DNA from: the human T2T-CHM13v2.0 reference genome, Homo sapiens
Reading direction: 5' to 3' (one strand)
DNA length: 64,000 nt
Assembly: GCF_009914755.1 (NCBI RefSeq)
Contig: NC_060926.1
Shown: positions 41,541 through 58,399 of the stretch, one piece after another
Position numbering within the stretch: position 1 is the first letter of the stretch
Layout of the letters: each line of letters opens with the position of its first letter
Notes under the pieces: generated by a model
Database searches by the model: none
Told to the model about the DNA's origin: nothing
The model's input: only the letters and a program-made list of their open reading frames with translations
Program-made: the position numbers and the translations under genes

Positions 41541-44500
41541 CTTAACCTCCCATATTGATGACTGTATCCTGTCTACCTTGTTTTTGATTTTGAGTTCAGT
41601 TGTATTCATTTCATTTATTTCTCCTTCTAATATGTTTTTCATTTCAGTAATATTTTCATTTTTCTATTTTATTTTTTATTTGAACTTTGCCACATTATTT
41701 TTATCTTTTTTTTTTTTTGAGACTTATTTCTCCTTTTATGAGCTCTTCTAGCTAAAATTTATCTGTGGTCATGGAGAACTATTTGCCTGAAATTTTTTCC
41801 TGTTTCATTGTGTTTTTCTTTTTGCTATGTTCTTCATCTTTTGCTCATGGGGCCAAGGGAATGTGAACTTGGGCAATCTGAAGTTTCAGTTTTGACTTTA
41901 GTTCAAGGCAACCAAATCGTTGCATTTTCTTTGCCCTGTGGGTTTGTGTTGCCTTAGCATTTAGCCTTTAACAGTTGATGTCATGCACAGCAAAGTTGCC
42001 AATGTCAAAGGCTGACTTTGTAATCTCATGGTCTTGCTGCTTTTCCTCTGTCAGACTCACCTCTCAAAGGTTAGGTTAGAGGTAATACAAATGAGGATGT
42101 AAAAAAAGGTTTAAGTTTTATCTATCTCTCCCATGATATTCTGTGACTTTTTCTGTGTCTTTTTATTGCTACCAAATGATCACAGTCCCTGTGATTATCA
42201 CCTAGTCCTCTTGTCCCCAGATATACACCTCTTCGTCTCCCTAATCATTGAGTGGGCCTCCCCCTGGAGGCCTAATCTGTGTTGAGCTTTTAGGAACAGC
42301 TATTTCCTCTGATGTTGGAGGAGGAGCACCTTGCATTGTTTAGGTGTGCTTCACAGTTTGCATTTTGTGGTTGTCACTGTGTAAGTTTCTTCTATCTTTA
42401 ATTTTTTGGTTTATTTTTTATTGGTTTTGAAGGAGGGGAGGAATTCCTTTGTATAGCCATTTTTAACTGGAAGTCATGACATACTTTTTTTGGTGCTTTA
42501 AAATGAATGTTGTGTTAGGAAGACAAAATAAGTAGACAATTGTTTTATTTCACTTTTTTATCCATATATGTTGATGTCATGTAAAAAGAGCCAGCATTGG
42601 TAAGGTGCTTTTTTTTCTAAAGGCATAAATATCTGGAATGGAAGGGAAATTCTTTTTCTATATGCAATAAAAGCAAAGTGCCCAAAATGTTGATTTTCCT
42701 TCTAAAAGCTTGATGTAGTGTGTCTTAATTATGTAGGAATTAAAGCATATGATGTAGTTATTATATTAATTGTACATGAAAATCATGGCAAACATTCAAA
42801 TATACATCTCTGAATGTGATTTGCCAGCTTTTTTGTTAGTCATAATTATCTCTTTCTTAATTAGGTTTGCCTGATTATTGGTTTCTTAAAATATGTGCAT
42901 ATTTTAATGATCATAGGGAAGTCAGTTTATGGAAAAGCATCATTGAATTGGTTTTACAGACTCTGAGTTGCTCCTGCTGAGGTTTGGCGACATATGGTAC
43001 CTTGTCTGATACAACATCTTGTGTGAAAAATCATGCTCAGAAACCAAAACAAAAACAACAGGAAATAAGAATAAACTACAGCAACATAAAATTTTCCTCA
43101 GTGAAAATGCTCTTAAGTAATTTCAGCAAATCTATCATACCTTGTGACTGCAGATAAACAGTGCTAAATATCCTCTTTTTATTTATGAGAAAGAAGAGTT
43201 TAAAAGAAACTGGACACTGTAATCTCCAATATTTTAAAGCAGAACTATATATGTAAAAGAAAGAATAAGTTTTGTAGTTCTCTAATTTTTTTAAATAAAA
43301 AATAACCTTTTAATTTTGCCAATAGTAATAGGTATACATTGTAGCAAATTAGAAAAAACGCTTAAAATTCAAGAAGATGAAAACACCATCTTCCAGCCAC
43401 ACAAACATAACCATTGTTAGTAGCCTATTGTACATTTTTCATATTCATTTCTATATACATATGTTTTATAAACCAAAGTAAAATGATACTCAACATGCTG
43501 TTTTGTAGTCTACTTTTAAGGTAATAATCACCAACTTTATAATATCACCACCATGTCAATAAATTTACATCTTACTTATTACCTGGTCCATATTTAAAAT
43601 TTAACATTTGTCCCCCAAATATCCTTTAGAGCTTGTTTGACCAGTCAGGATTCTATCCCAGACTACCCTATCATCATCTAGTGATGATGTCCCCGAAATT
43701 TCTTTCATCTGGTACAATTCCTACATTTTTCCCTATGGCACCAACTTGTTGAAGAGGCTGGGCAAGGAGAGATTGGGCAAAATTTACAGATTTTTGACAT
43801 TAAATTTTTCTAAGGTAGTATTTAACCTCTTGGGCAATGAAAGACTCACATCTTAAAAGGTTTAGACATAAAATATATTACTGAAATGAGAAAATCATTT
43901 TATTCATCTATAAAGATATGCTAATTATTCATTACTTACGTGTTTAGTCTATGAGATGTCTTACAAACTGTGAAGCTCTGAATTCTCCAAGCTCTTCCTC
44001 TATTTTTTTTGAATGAACTGAAATGATCATGGGTATTAGAGATTGGTTGTTGAATTTTGTATATACTATTTTTTGTCTTCACACTGACATGCATCCATGC
44101 ATGCACACACACACTTCCTTTTCCTGGGCGCCTTAAGCCCACTACCAAAAGTAGTAGTATAGAGTGCCTGCAGTGTGCTATGTGTTGCATTAGATGCCAT
44201 ACGAGATGCGAAGATGAATAATACAGTATTTTCCTTCAGGAACCCCTGCAGTATAATCATGGAGAAACAGTCTACCAGAAATATGAAGAAATAAATGCCA
44301 ACTTAGAGGACGTTCTTCGAACAATAAACAAGACAGCATTAAAAATAGTCCATGATCTTGCATTTTAAAGTCAGTTGTATTGAGTTACCGTTGACATATA
44401 ATGAAAATTGCAACCATTTTAAGTGTCTAGGCTCATTTTGAACCCCTATTCTGCTGCAATGACAAACTGCTTGTAAAGTTTCCTACAAATCCCATCTTTC

Positions 44501-44744
44501 CTTTGCGTTCCAACTATTCAATATATTATGTGCTTGCCTATTTCCTCTGTCTAGAATGCCCTCCTTCCCACTTGCTTTGCAAGTTTCACCCCTGGATGCT
44601 TACCCTCCCCCATGCTTTTAGAGATCTATGTGTATAATACCTTTTACCAAAGAAAGTGAGTGTACAATGTTCTTCCACTTCACTTGAATAATATCTTAAC
44701 TTCACTTTGTCCCCTATTACCAAACATTTTCATTTTTCTTTTTC

Positions 44745-45130
44745 TATTTCATCCATTTTATAATATGGTTTTCCATTGACCATTATATATCAGGCTTGCT
44801 GCCAGACCCTGGAGCAGATAAAACTTAGACCTTGTCCTTGCTTTCATGACACTAAAATATAGTAGAAACGACAGAGCCAGAAACAATGACAATACAATGT
44901 GGTAAATGTAATAGAGATAAGTGCAGTGATCTATGGGAACAAAGAGTAGGAGGTGACCAACCATATGGGGAAGAGGGAGAGCTTCACTAAGGTGACAACT
45001 GAGTTAAATCTAGAGACAAATGTGATTTGCCAGGTAGAGAAGACAAGGTCATTGGTGTAGAGGGAACAGTATGCATGCATGGTGGTCAGAAGTCAAGCTC
45101 TATTTCGGGAATTCTGAGATGTTAGTGTTC
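44745..45130 (-). mobile_element. L2 fragment
   Basis: cttgtccttgctttcatg...acaatacaatgtggtaaatg...gagagcttcactaaggtgac...gagggaacagtatgc. Confidence 0.6.
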
Positions 45131-46299
45131 TTGGAACATCCTTTCGTGCATATATTTGTCAGTACAGGCACAAATACTCCCTTCCATAATCCCTTTTGAT
45201 TTTACTTTCTACTTAATCTTAAACTCCTTCACTCCAGTGCACTATTATATTCTTTCTTTAAAAGGCTGTTAAATCAGGTATACTACACATGCTGAATAGA
45301 TATTTTAGGATTTTTTTTAAATGAAGTCATGCTTGTGTTATATAAGGATAAAATACTAAACTATTAACATCAGAGAACAAGATGTGATTATTTATAGAAA
45401 TTCAGTAAGCTGTCATTAAGGTTTTGAAAACAGTTTACCTTTATAATAATGATTCTGAAGAAAGACAATTGTACTTTCAACGAATGAGGGCAGAAAACCA
45501 CAGACAGGGAGTGGTTCTTTGTTCTCCAGAAACTTTATCACTCAGTATTCCGTAAATTGCAGACAGTTTAGCAGGTCAGACATTTCTGAGAAAGGAAGCT
45601 TTGTACTTCATTATTTCTTCTCAGTAGTGAAATGACGTTCCGGAAGATCAGACATCAGAAATGTCAGTGTGCTTAATGACAGGACAAAGCCACAAATGCA
45701 TTGTCTAAAAGCTAAGTAAGGTCGGCTTAACCTACAAAATACTGATAAAAGTTAATCTCCATTGATATCCCCTTTGATACATTCTCTTTTGTCTCCTCAT
45801 TACCAAGAATAGCACGCAATAAAATGTTCCATAAATCTAGAGGAAAAAGTATGCAGGTGGTCAAGGATGTAGGGTCTCTTGATTGGCTCTTAAATGGTCT
45901 CTCCATTTGCATGAAATTCCCAGAGCCTCCAGCCCTGCTCCCCGTCAGTACCACATTTGGCCCACTGGATTGGACAACATGCTTTTTTTGAAACAAATTC
46001 CAATTTTGTAAAAAAGTCTGTGTTGAAGGTCCTAATTTTCTTGGTGTTTTCTGATTTCATTTCCTAGTATACCAATGGCAAACACTAGCTTATGAATAAG
46101 AGATTAGCCACGTAGAACTGTCTTAAGTGGGTTTGGGTTCATAGATGGCTACTCAAGAATAGAATCAGCCTGTGTACAAGGTTCTCTTGGAATTTAAAAT
46201 CATCAACTGCCAATGCATTTTGGTCTCATCATGAAGTTTTATACCATATATACACTTACTATGTAGTAGATGTGCACTTAACCAGGTTCCATTTAACCG

Positions 46300-47400
46300 A
46301 CTTAACAGATTAACTGAGATTAACTGATACTTTCTATTTTTTTTTTTCTGTAAAACATACTGACTGATGCCCATAGAACTCATAATACTTGCAGCTAGAA
46401 GGAGATACTCTCTGTTATGTTTGCACACTTGTCTCCTGAGTTGAATTTTGCTTACTAAGAGTTAACTGTATGTATTCCCAAACCTATTTATATCAGTTGC
46501 AGTTGTTATTGTAATTTTGTAATATAATGAAATAATACATAGCTGATGAACTATAATTGTAACACAAGAGTTATTTTTCTGTGAAAAGTAAATCAAATGC
46601 TAAGGAAAGATTCAGTAAAGGTAATTCATTTCATGATAATTGCTATCAAATTAGAGATATGAAAGAAAATAGTAAAATATTTGAAAACAGAATCATAAAA
46701 ATCTAGAATGAATTTGTTAGGTTATAAATTTCTCACCCCACATTTAAATTTTTAAGTGTTTTTAATTTCTTACTACATGTGTTATCTTGTTTTCTGCTGC
46801 TATAATAGAATACCACAACAAAAATTTATTTCTTACACTTCTGGAGGCTGGGAAGTCCAAGAGCGTGGCACTGGTATCTGGCAAGGGTCATTCCATGGTA
46901 TAAGGATAGAAGGGTGGAAAGTGGAAGCAAGTGCACAAGACAGAGGAAATTGGGCCAAACTGCCTCCTTTTATAATTAACCCACTCTCGTGATAATATTC
47001 TTAATCCATTCATGAGGACAGTGCCCTCAAAAATCTAACCATCTCTTAAAAGCCCCATCTCTTTACACTGTTGCTTCGGGGGTTAAGTTCCCAACACATG
47101 AACTATGGGGGACATATTCTAACCATATCACTATGCTTTAAAGAATAAAGCAAAACTAGAAAATCTAGGTGATGCATTTTGCATTGGTTTATGTGAGTAT
47201 TACAGTGTAGACACTGAGAAAAAGTGTTTGCTTTTATATATCATTTAAAAAATGATTCCCAATTTAAAAATTTTTAATTGACATTGTACATATTTAAGGT
47301 ATATAGCATAATGTTTTGATATACATTAAAAATGACTTCCAACTTTTAAAATTAATGGAGTAACCCATTATGCCATATCTTAGACCAAAGACGTGGAATG
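46300..47400 (+). mobile_element. Degenerate Tigger-family DNA transposon (Tigger15a-like), split by an MST LTR
   Basis: ttgaattttgcttactaag...tttctgtgaaaagtaa...aatcataaaaatctagaa...aaactagaaaatctaggtgatgcattttgcattggtttatg. Confidence 0.45.
46778..47130 (-). mobile_element. MaLR solo LTR (MST family)
   Basis: ttttctgctgctataatagaataccaca...ttctggaggctgggaagtccaagagc...acatattctaaccatatca. TSD ctaca / ctatg, consistent with CpG decay of CTACG. Confidence 0.8.
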
Positions 47401-47689
47401 CATCTGAAATACAAAAGCTTCCTATTTTTATGTGCAGTCATGCAAAGAGGAATATTCCCTGTTAGACCCACTGGGCTGGAATTTTTCACTTTTATAGAAG
47501 AATGAATTTCTGGACCTAGTCAGAGAAGGAGATGTACAGGCCCTCCAGCTATTAGGGAACCCATCATGGGTAATCGAGCCATGGAGAGTTAATGTCTTTG
47601 TAAATCTGTTTTCTTGGCACAGAATATTCATGGGCATATCAGACACGTTTTCCCACCCGTTGATAACAAATATGTTCTAAGTCTCCAAT

Positions 47690-48205
47690 ATGAGATGTGA
47701 CTGGGAAGTAAAGAGACAGATGTAACCAATATTCCAGAATTTATATATCCAAATGAACTTTCTTTTTCAAAATAATGACAGTAGGAGGTTCAGTAATTAT
47801 TCCAAAGATGCTATCTCTACTCAAAATCATTTTTGGAACTCATTTGAAATTGCTTTCAAAAACAATTTGCATGCTTCATGGGAAAGCCAGCTGAATTGCT
47901 TCAGATACATTCCTGATTTTAAACCAATGATAGTTTTACCTATCTTGATTTATCATGTTGATTCCAAATAACTACCTACCTACGCGTAAGTGCCAAGGTT
48001 TTCTATTGGTAGGATATGAAAAAGCATGTATTTAAGACCTTAAAGACAGTAGTCCACAAAGGGAATTTCAGACAAGCCTTGAGCAATGGCAGCATCACTG
48101 AAATAAATATAAACTATTTAATGAGGTGAATGCTTTGAAGAGAAGAGTTTTCATTTGGATGCATAAATTTTTATTTGTTAAAAAGCTGAATCAGTCATAT
48201 TTTTC
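47690..48205. mobile_element. Mariner-like relic (MARNA-like) with long inverted ends
   Basis: aatttatatatccaaatgaac..tctttttcaaa (~47738-47770) is an imperfect inverted copy of tttgaagagaagagttttcatttggatgcataaatt (~48134-48169). Internal ttgagcaatggcagcatcactgaaataa. Confidence 0.55.
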
Positions 48206-48211
48206 TAGAGA

Positions 48212-48430
48212 GAGGGGTTAGCAAACATTTTCTGTAAAGGGCCGGATAGTTAATATTTTAGACTTTCTGTGCTGTGTATGTCTCTGTCACAACTCTTCAA
48301 CTCTGCACACAAGAGCAGATATAGATAGTACATAAATGAATGTGCATTACTTGTTCCAATAAAACTTCATTTACAAACACAGCCACCAGGTTGAATTTGG
48401 CCTCTATGGAGCATTGTTTGTCAACTATTG
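48212..48430. mobile_element. MER58A
   Basis: aggggttagcaaacattttctgtaaagggccggatagt...gttccaataaaacttcatttacaaa...tttgtcaactattg. Confidence 0.85.
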
Positions 48431-48914
48431 CTCTACAAAATGGAGTCCTGAAAAACAAATGATCCTCAATAATTCTATCTCACTTTCATCCACTAAAAAT
48501 ATAGATTCGAATCATTGCTTTCATGTTTGATACAATAATCACCATTTTACAGGTCAGTTACTTGTGTCAAAGAAGACAAACATTTCCTGACCAAACTAAC
48601 ATATAACTGCAACCTGATATGCTTAGCCTGTAGCCTAAAGCGTAATAAGTCTAAAGGAGAATTTACTTCTGTATTTAATCAGCGAAAAATGCTCACTATC
48701 TCTATATTATTCTGACCATCAATGTTTTTGCCCCAAAGCCTGGCCATACAAATACCTGGAATGGCTACATTGGAGATTTGAAAAGATATGAGGGATCAGT
48801 TCTTTCCATTTCCCTAAATAACGCTCTGTGATCCACTTCAACTCTCTGATGGCACCTTTAGGCTGCTAACTGGCTTTCCCTACTTCTCTCTTTCCTTCTC
48901 CTCTTCCTTCACTT

Positions 48915-50748
<1,834 letters not shown>

Positions 50749-51089
50749 TCTTGCTACTTGCTTCCCCCTCTGCATTATTTTCTCTCCTTGATCCTGCTCT
50801 TGTCTCAAGGCTTCATAGCGTAAATCTCCTGCTTTTTGTGTGTAAAAATCCTTCTGTTATATAAAGATGCTTATTATATTTCCAGCTAACTCTTCTCTTC
50901 TGGTTAAACAACGAGAAGAATTGATATATTTTCCAGATATTTCATTTTCCTGCTCAACACATTGGAATATATGGAGAGGACCTCAGTGCCTCTCTTAAAA
51001 TGTGTTGCATAGAACTGAACACAGTTTTCCAAGTGTGGTATCATTGCAAGCTGCAATGGGATTATCACCTCTTGCATTCAGGGCATGTG

Positions 51090-51440
51090 TAATGAACTGT
51101 GGTTAAGACTCCAAGCTTTGTAGTCAAATGGACTTGAGTTAAAATTCCTAGCCAGCCATTTACTTGCTCTGAGAGAAATTTACTTGACATGCCTTAATTT
51201 CCTCATCCATAAAATAAATATAATAAACCTTGGAGCATCACTCAATAATAGATGTTATGAGGGCAAGGACTGTATCTGTTTTGCTTTGCTTACCATTGGT
51301 TACCCAGTTCTTAGTACAGTGCCTGGATCATAGTAGATACTCACTGAATATATTTTGAATGGATGAGAGGGTGGATACCTGTCCCAGATAACTAAGACTG
51401 AAAGCACTTACCACAATGTCCAGCACTTAGTAAGCATTTA
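51090..51440 (+). mobile_element. MIR with an inserted L2 3' fragment (~51255-51368)
   Basis: gtggttaagact...tttcctcatccataaaat | gagggcaaggactgtatctgttttg...acagtgcctgg...gaatggatga | aaagcacttacc. Confidence 0.55.
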
Positions 51441-53099
51441 GTCACTTTCTAAAAGGCTTTTTTAGCAACTATGTCATATTTTTTTTTTCCTTTTAAACCT
51501 CCTTTCAACTAAAACTGCATGATTCTTTGCAAATGAACTTTTAAATTGTATTTTCCCAATTCCTGCGTTTTAGCTTCATTACATTTGGTGTTGTGAACCT
51601 TGGTATTATGAATTTCATCTCTTCCTTGTGTTTTGTTACATCTTCATCTTTAGGTCTCCCAAATGTAGTAATGGCAACCATTCCCCAGCCCTCCTACTCT
51701 TCCCATCCGCTTCATAGGATTAAGGAATTTAATGGCCATGCTAGTCACACCTTTAAAATATCTCTTACATTTCTGCCACAGTTTGGAAATCTGAGTTCCT
51801 AGCACAAGCAGAAGGCTCTTGGGATGGACTAGATCTGCAGCTTTGGAATTTTGTAACTGAGTATTGGTGGCTTTTTCTTTATTCTAGAAATACTGAGAGG
51901 GGATGCATCCTGAGTAATTTCAATAGGCAAATTTTAGCACCTTTTATTCTGAGAAAGGGGTAAAAGCTAATGAAAACCATTCAATAACTAAAAATTTTAG
52001 CTAATGTGGAAAGAGTGACATTGTTTTATTTTTATGTCTTTAGTAACTTGAGTAGCTGCATAGAATCCTCTTTTATTATTAGTCAGGCTTCTGAAATCCG
52101 AGAACCAATGGCTTGTTGTTTCTAGTGTAAAAACCCACTGATTTGATATGAGTTCTATTTCTTTACATTCTTTTTTCTTCCATTTATTTGTTTTTAAAAG
52201 TCTCATTCTGTAATCAAGATATCCTGTTTCTATACCCTTTCTATACAACTGAGAATGTTAATCAAGGTCTCAGATCATATTGTAGCTGAAGTGTGTTGCT
52301 TGGCAACAGACGGAAGGATACATGTTTTCAGATTTTAAAAATAATTCAAGGTTTTATGCTTTTTTATTAAATGATTTTATTAGTTGTGGAAAAATAGCCT
52401 GGAGGGGAAGAGAAATGGACCATGGCAGCAATATCTTTCTTATGTTTGTCTTTTAACAAGTGTTCCAAGCGGGAATTGGTTTTTGTCCTTTCGGGCTACG
52501 TAGATGGCATGTCTGGATCTCAGGTTTATTCTCTGAAGACTTGTCCAGTCTACCTGTGTGTGTGGAGCAATATTCTTTTACTTTTCACTGTTCTCTTCTG
52601 AAATATTATAGCCCACAAACCCTGTTTCTCCAGGAAGCCTTCCTGGAATTATTCATAGCCATTGTTTGACACATGGAACCACCCCCATTTTTTTTTTTGG
52701 TGTATTTTAATAGCTGTCTGTTTATGGTGATTATCTGTTGGTCCAGTCTCTCTTTCCTGCCAGAGTTCACAGCCTCTGAGGCCAGTTTCACAAGGCCCTA
52801 TGGGTTTGTTAATGGTCTGATTGCCCTTGTCCAGTGATGCTCACCTAGATTTCAAGAGTTATGAAAGATTCTGTAATTTGGAAACCAGTGCTCTCTGCAT
52901 AGTACTTATCACTCTGTTGTGAGCCTATACTGTGACTTATAAGACAGATCAGTCCTGTTTCACAATCGCAGAAATGACTGAGTTGTTGAAAGATTGAAAT
53001 ACTTTTTCCAAGGCCATAGCACAGAGTAGAGCTGAAGACTAACATTCCCTCATTGGGCATCAGAGAATAACTCTTAACTGAGAACTTCCTTTGTGAAGT

Positions 53100-53800
<701 letters not shown>

Positions 53801-56779
53801 CTTTCTCCCGTTTATTTCCTCTATACCTGACCATATTAAATTTCAAAGTCAAGTTGAGATATGTTTTTAACTACCTTCTAAACTTCCATTTATTGGACAA
53901 TAATACATTTAAATAACAAGCCTTCTCATTAAGGTTTTCCAAATACACAGTTGAAATACAGGAACTGGATACCTGTGATTGCAAAGTCTTCTGAAGATCC
54001 TTTGAACTTCTGCTGGCTTTTGAGTCTCTTCTTTATGAAAAACCAAGCCACCAATAGGATTTTTCTACCACAGTCTATGATTGCTGTGACATGGGTACTT
54101 TTACCAGCAAAGTTTAGGACCTAGTCCCTTTGGCAATTTTGTTTTCCTTGGATGGGTATATCCAAAGCTTCATTTGTCATTTTATTTCCAGTGTTTTTCC
54201 CCTTTACCATATTAGCTTATGAGGAGCTTAATTATACGTGATTAAGACGTAGACTTATGTCTGTAAATTTGTACTATTGTGCATTTTATTTTTTCCTTTG
54301 ATTGGCTGAGTTTTTTGGACATGTGTGATGTTTTCTTTAGTTTTTATAAAGGACTTTAAAGAAGTATTTTTAAGGCGAGACTAGTAACATTGTTGCTTGT
54401 AATTATGGAAAAAGCTGTGGGTCAGTGATTGCCCACCATTTTAGACCTTAGTTCTTCAAGCTTTTCTAAGACTTTGGTACTGGTAGCAAGCCTGGCCTAT
54501 AGGAAGAAGAGAGAAAAAGATAACTGAAAACGAAAGGAGAGAAAGAAAAACAGAAAAAGGAGAGGCATGCTTGGTGGTATCGTGGACCTCTGGTTTCTGC
54601 TGTAGGTGGCCATAATTTTTTTTTGTTTGGTCTATTTGTCTTTAAAGATAATAGAACCATATTGAAGCATAGTCAAAACAGCCGGATCTATATGTCTAGA
54701 TGTTTTTTTCTGAATGAATCATGAAAAATGATCAATTTTTCAAAACAATATAGAGTACAAATTAGTCAGAAAGAGCCTACCCCGTGTTTTGTCTGAGGCA
54801 AAGATGAATCAGCTCCAACAAATCGGTTTTCACCAGGGAATTAATATGACTTTCACCTTGAGCTAATTTTGCTTTAGCATAAGCAGGATATAGATGAATT
54901 TTGCCTGTAACATTTCACTGGGAAAATTTGTTTCTTTATGCAGTTGCCAGAGAATCTTAGTGAGGTTGATGCAAATATTAATGATGTCAGTAAAATTATG
55001 CTTGAGTAAGTATTGCTGGGCCAATTTTGGGCAGGGGGCAACTCATTGTCAGATTCAGCAGTGAAAGGTATTTGGCAACATCAAGCCCAGCATATTCAGT
55101 AGTCTTTGTATCTCATGTTTTACTTGCGTTTTCTGTGTTTTGAACATTTTCTTGAGGCTGGATGAAACTTGCACAATTACTTACACTAATTGAACTAAAC
55201 CCTTCTTTGCTTATGATATTGGTAACTGATGACTGATAATTTAGGAACATACACTTACTCTAGGGACAGATACCTTGGGCAGATGATGTAATTCCTGAAC
55301 ACAGGCAGTAAAAGTACAAGCAGTTATATTTTTGTGTTCCCTACTCTCTTAATTAGTCATTGAAAACATCGTAAAAGAGATAATGACTCATTCCCTTTTA
55401 TAGGCAATCCCAGGAGTTCATATTTATTTTCCTGCTATTAGAAATATTGCTGCTAAACTACAGAGGCCAGGTTATTTTCCAGTGGTTTGAAGCTCTATGT
55501 TGGAAATGTGCTTTTAAAAATGTAAATTGAATGCTCTTCCTCACGTCTGCCCATGGCTGATCCTCCTTGTCACTGAGGTCTCAGCTCACATGTTACCTCC
55601 TCTGAGAGTCCTCTTGTGATCATCCATTTAAAAAAATTCTCTGTGTTCTGACCCTTGTTTGATTATTCTTTTTCAAAATAACAAAATGTCTCATTTGAAA
55701 ATTTATTTCGTTTTTTAACTTTGACTTGTTTATCATCTGAGCCCCTGTGAGTGCAGGTACGGTGTCTGTCTTTCGTCTCTTGACCTTGGCTCTGGCACCG
55801 GCCCTCTGGAAGGGTCTAGTAGGTGAATGCTGGAGGAAATTAGAAGAATGAATTATTTCAGGTTCAGAGTCTACTTTTGTCTTATTCTTTTGCTACTGAG
55901 GGTCTGCTTGGGTGCTTAAATGAGCTGCAAAGTATGATCCACATATGCTGTGCTTGTATGTTTCTTACATCTTAGTATTGCTTAGTCTGGAATATTTCCC
56001 TTATACTAAAAGGCATAAGATTTAGGAGCAAGCTGGAAGCATAAAAAATTAGTTCCTCGAATACTACTTTGTCTTTATGAAATTCTGACTCTGTAGGATC
56101 TGATGATATGATATTCGGCTGCTCATTCAACTAGCATGACATTCTCTCATGGAAGAATTTGGAAGAATAAAATCATATTAATTGCTTTCATGGTAAAACA
56201 GCTTATGCTAATCATAGTGTCCCTAGCCTGAGACGGAAAGAAAAGCAAGTTGGTAGCAGGATAAGGTGCTGCGGCCTTTTATAGAAAGTCTCTCAGGAGC
56301 CTGGCTCTTGCACAGCCTCTTCAGTCTAACAGTGTCCCTTATAGAAATCAGTGAAACAGCTGGAGTTAAGCAGACTCAACTCACCGTAATTAAGTCTATG
56401 GGTTCTGAATCCAGGTAATTGCGTTTGGTGGAAAAGAGACACATTCTTAAAGGAAGGAACTTCTTAGGCAATACAGGAGGCCTTATAAAATATTGGAATT
56501 GTCTATAGACTCATGACTCTTGGCTTCAATCTAAGAATGAGTCAGTTGGGTAAAAGAACTTAGCCTTGGCAGTATTTTTTTTTTTAACTGTAGACCAAGG
56601 TTTTTTAATGGGGTGCCTAAAACCTTAGAGAGTTCATGGCTTTAGACGGGTCTCTCTATAATGTTATCAACCCTAATATTTGATGCTGCATGTGTTAGTG
56701 TACATTATTATTGTAGGAAAAAGATCCTGAACTTTATCAGGGATGTTTGTAGTTACTGTTTTCACTTCTCACTACCTGT

Positions 56780-58140
56780 TCTTGTCTCATCCTACTCCAG
56801 TAGCTCTTCAGTTCCCCCTACTTTACTGAGACAGCTCCATGATGATCCAGAGGGTACAACTCTCCTATTCAACCACCCACAGCATTGGACAGGGATGGCC
56901 ATTCTGTCCCTGTAACACTTCATCTCTTGGTGATCATGATGTCATGCTTCATTTGCCTACTTCTCTGGTTGTTTGGTGTTACTCCTCTGCTTGACTTCTC
57001 AATGTTGGAAGGTCCCAGGGCTACCTTATTTGCATCTTTCTTTTCTTCCTGCATTTTACATAATTTCTTCTGGTCCCATGGCTTTAAATTCTAACTTAAT
57101 ACAGATGACTTCCAAATCTGTACCTATAGCCATGACTTTTGCATAAGACTTTGAGTGAACACCTGATACCTATTCAGCATCACTACTAGGATACCTAATT
57201 GGCATCTGAAATGTAACATGCCCAAAACCAGACTCTGGATTTCTTCCCCTTAGCTATTTCCCCCCTGAGACTGCTGATATTAGAAAATGGTACCGCTCAA
57301 TTGTTCAAACCAAATATCTCCTAGTTGCCTTTGATTCCTTGCATTTTGATATGGTTTGGCTCTGTGTCCCCACACAAATCTCACCTTGAATTGTAATAAT
57401 TCCCAAGTATCAAGGGCAGGACCAGGTGGAGGTAATTAAATCACAGGGGCAGTTTCCTCTGTGCTGTTCTTGTGATAGTGAGCCTCACCAGATCTGATGG
57501 TTTTATAAGCCTCTGGCATTTCCCCTGCTGGCCCTCATTCTCTCTCCTTCCACCCTGTGAAGAGGTGCCTTCCACTATGATTGTAAGTTTCCTGAGGCCT
57601 CTAGCCACACAGAACTGTGAGTCAATTAAACCTCTTTTTATAAATTACCCAGTCTCTGGTATTTTTTCATATCAGCATGAGAATGATCTAATACACATCC
57701 CCTCACCACTCCACATCCAGGTCATTCCCATATTTCTCCATCTTTATTATAACTACCCTGGTCCAAGACATCACCATTGTTCTTGCCTGCACAATTTCAT
57801 TTAGTTTCTAGTCTCCCAGCTGCCCCTCTTTTGTCTTTATATAACGGGTCACATTGGATCACTCACTACCCTGATTAAAACTTAATGGGGTGACATAATA
57901 ATACCACAATTTGCTTACCTTCCTCTAGAGGGTTCTGCCTTGCCTGCAGTGCTCCAGCCCACATTGTCCCCATTTCTTTTTCCCAAACCCACTGAGCCTT
58001 CTCCCTGTAAGGCCTGTCTGCGTTAGGTAGTGCCTCTGCCTGGGAACCTCTTTGTTCACCTCTGCAGGACTGTCTCTTATTGTCATTCAGATCTAAGCTT
58101 AACTCTCACTTCTTCAGAAAGCACCAGCCTCTCCAGCTCC
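56780..58140 (+). mobile_element. L2 interrupted by THE1
   Basis: ggtcccatggctttaaat...gatgacttccaaatctg...aacatgcccaaaacc...ggtccaagacatcacc...tcattcagatctaagctt. Confidence 0.7.
57347..57695 (+). mobile_element. THE1 (THE1C-like) MaLR solo LTR
   Basis: tgatatggtttggctctgtgtcccca...gattgtaagtttcctgaggcct...aactgtgagtcaattaaacctc...ctaataca. Confidence 0.9.
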
Positions 58141-58399
58141 TGGTAGACCTGGGCTACTGATTGGTTGGTGCACATTGATAGTACTTTCCCGGATAGGCAA
58201 GGAAATTGAGACTGACAGGGTTAAGTCAAATTACATAACAGGGGACTGAGGGGCCAGGACTGGAACACTGTCTTTCTTACTCCAGAGCTTGTTCCATAAT
58301 GATGAGACTACATACCTTCCTTGTCTCATCCTTTGAAGAATAGCAGAGGGAATACATGCTAAACATTTGTGTTGAAGAATCATGGCATGCTCAAATTAG

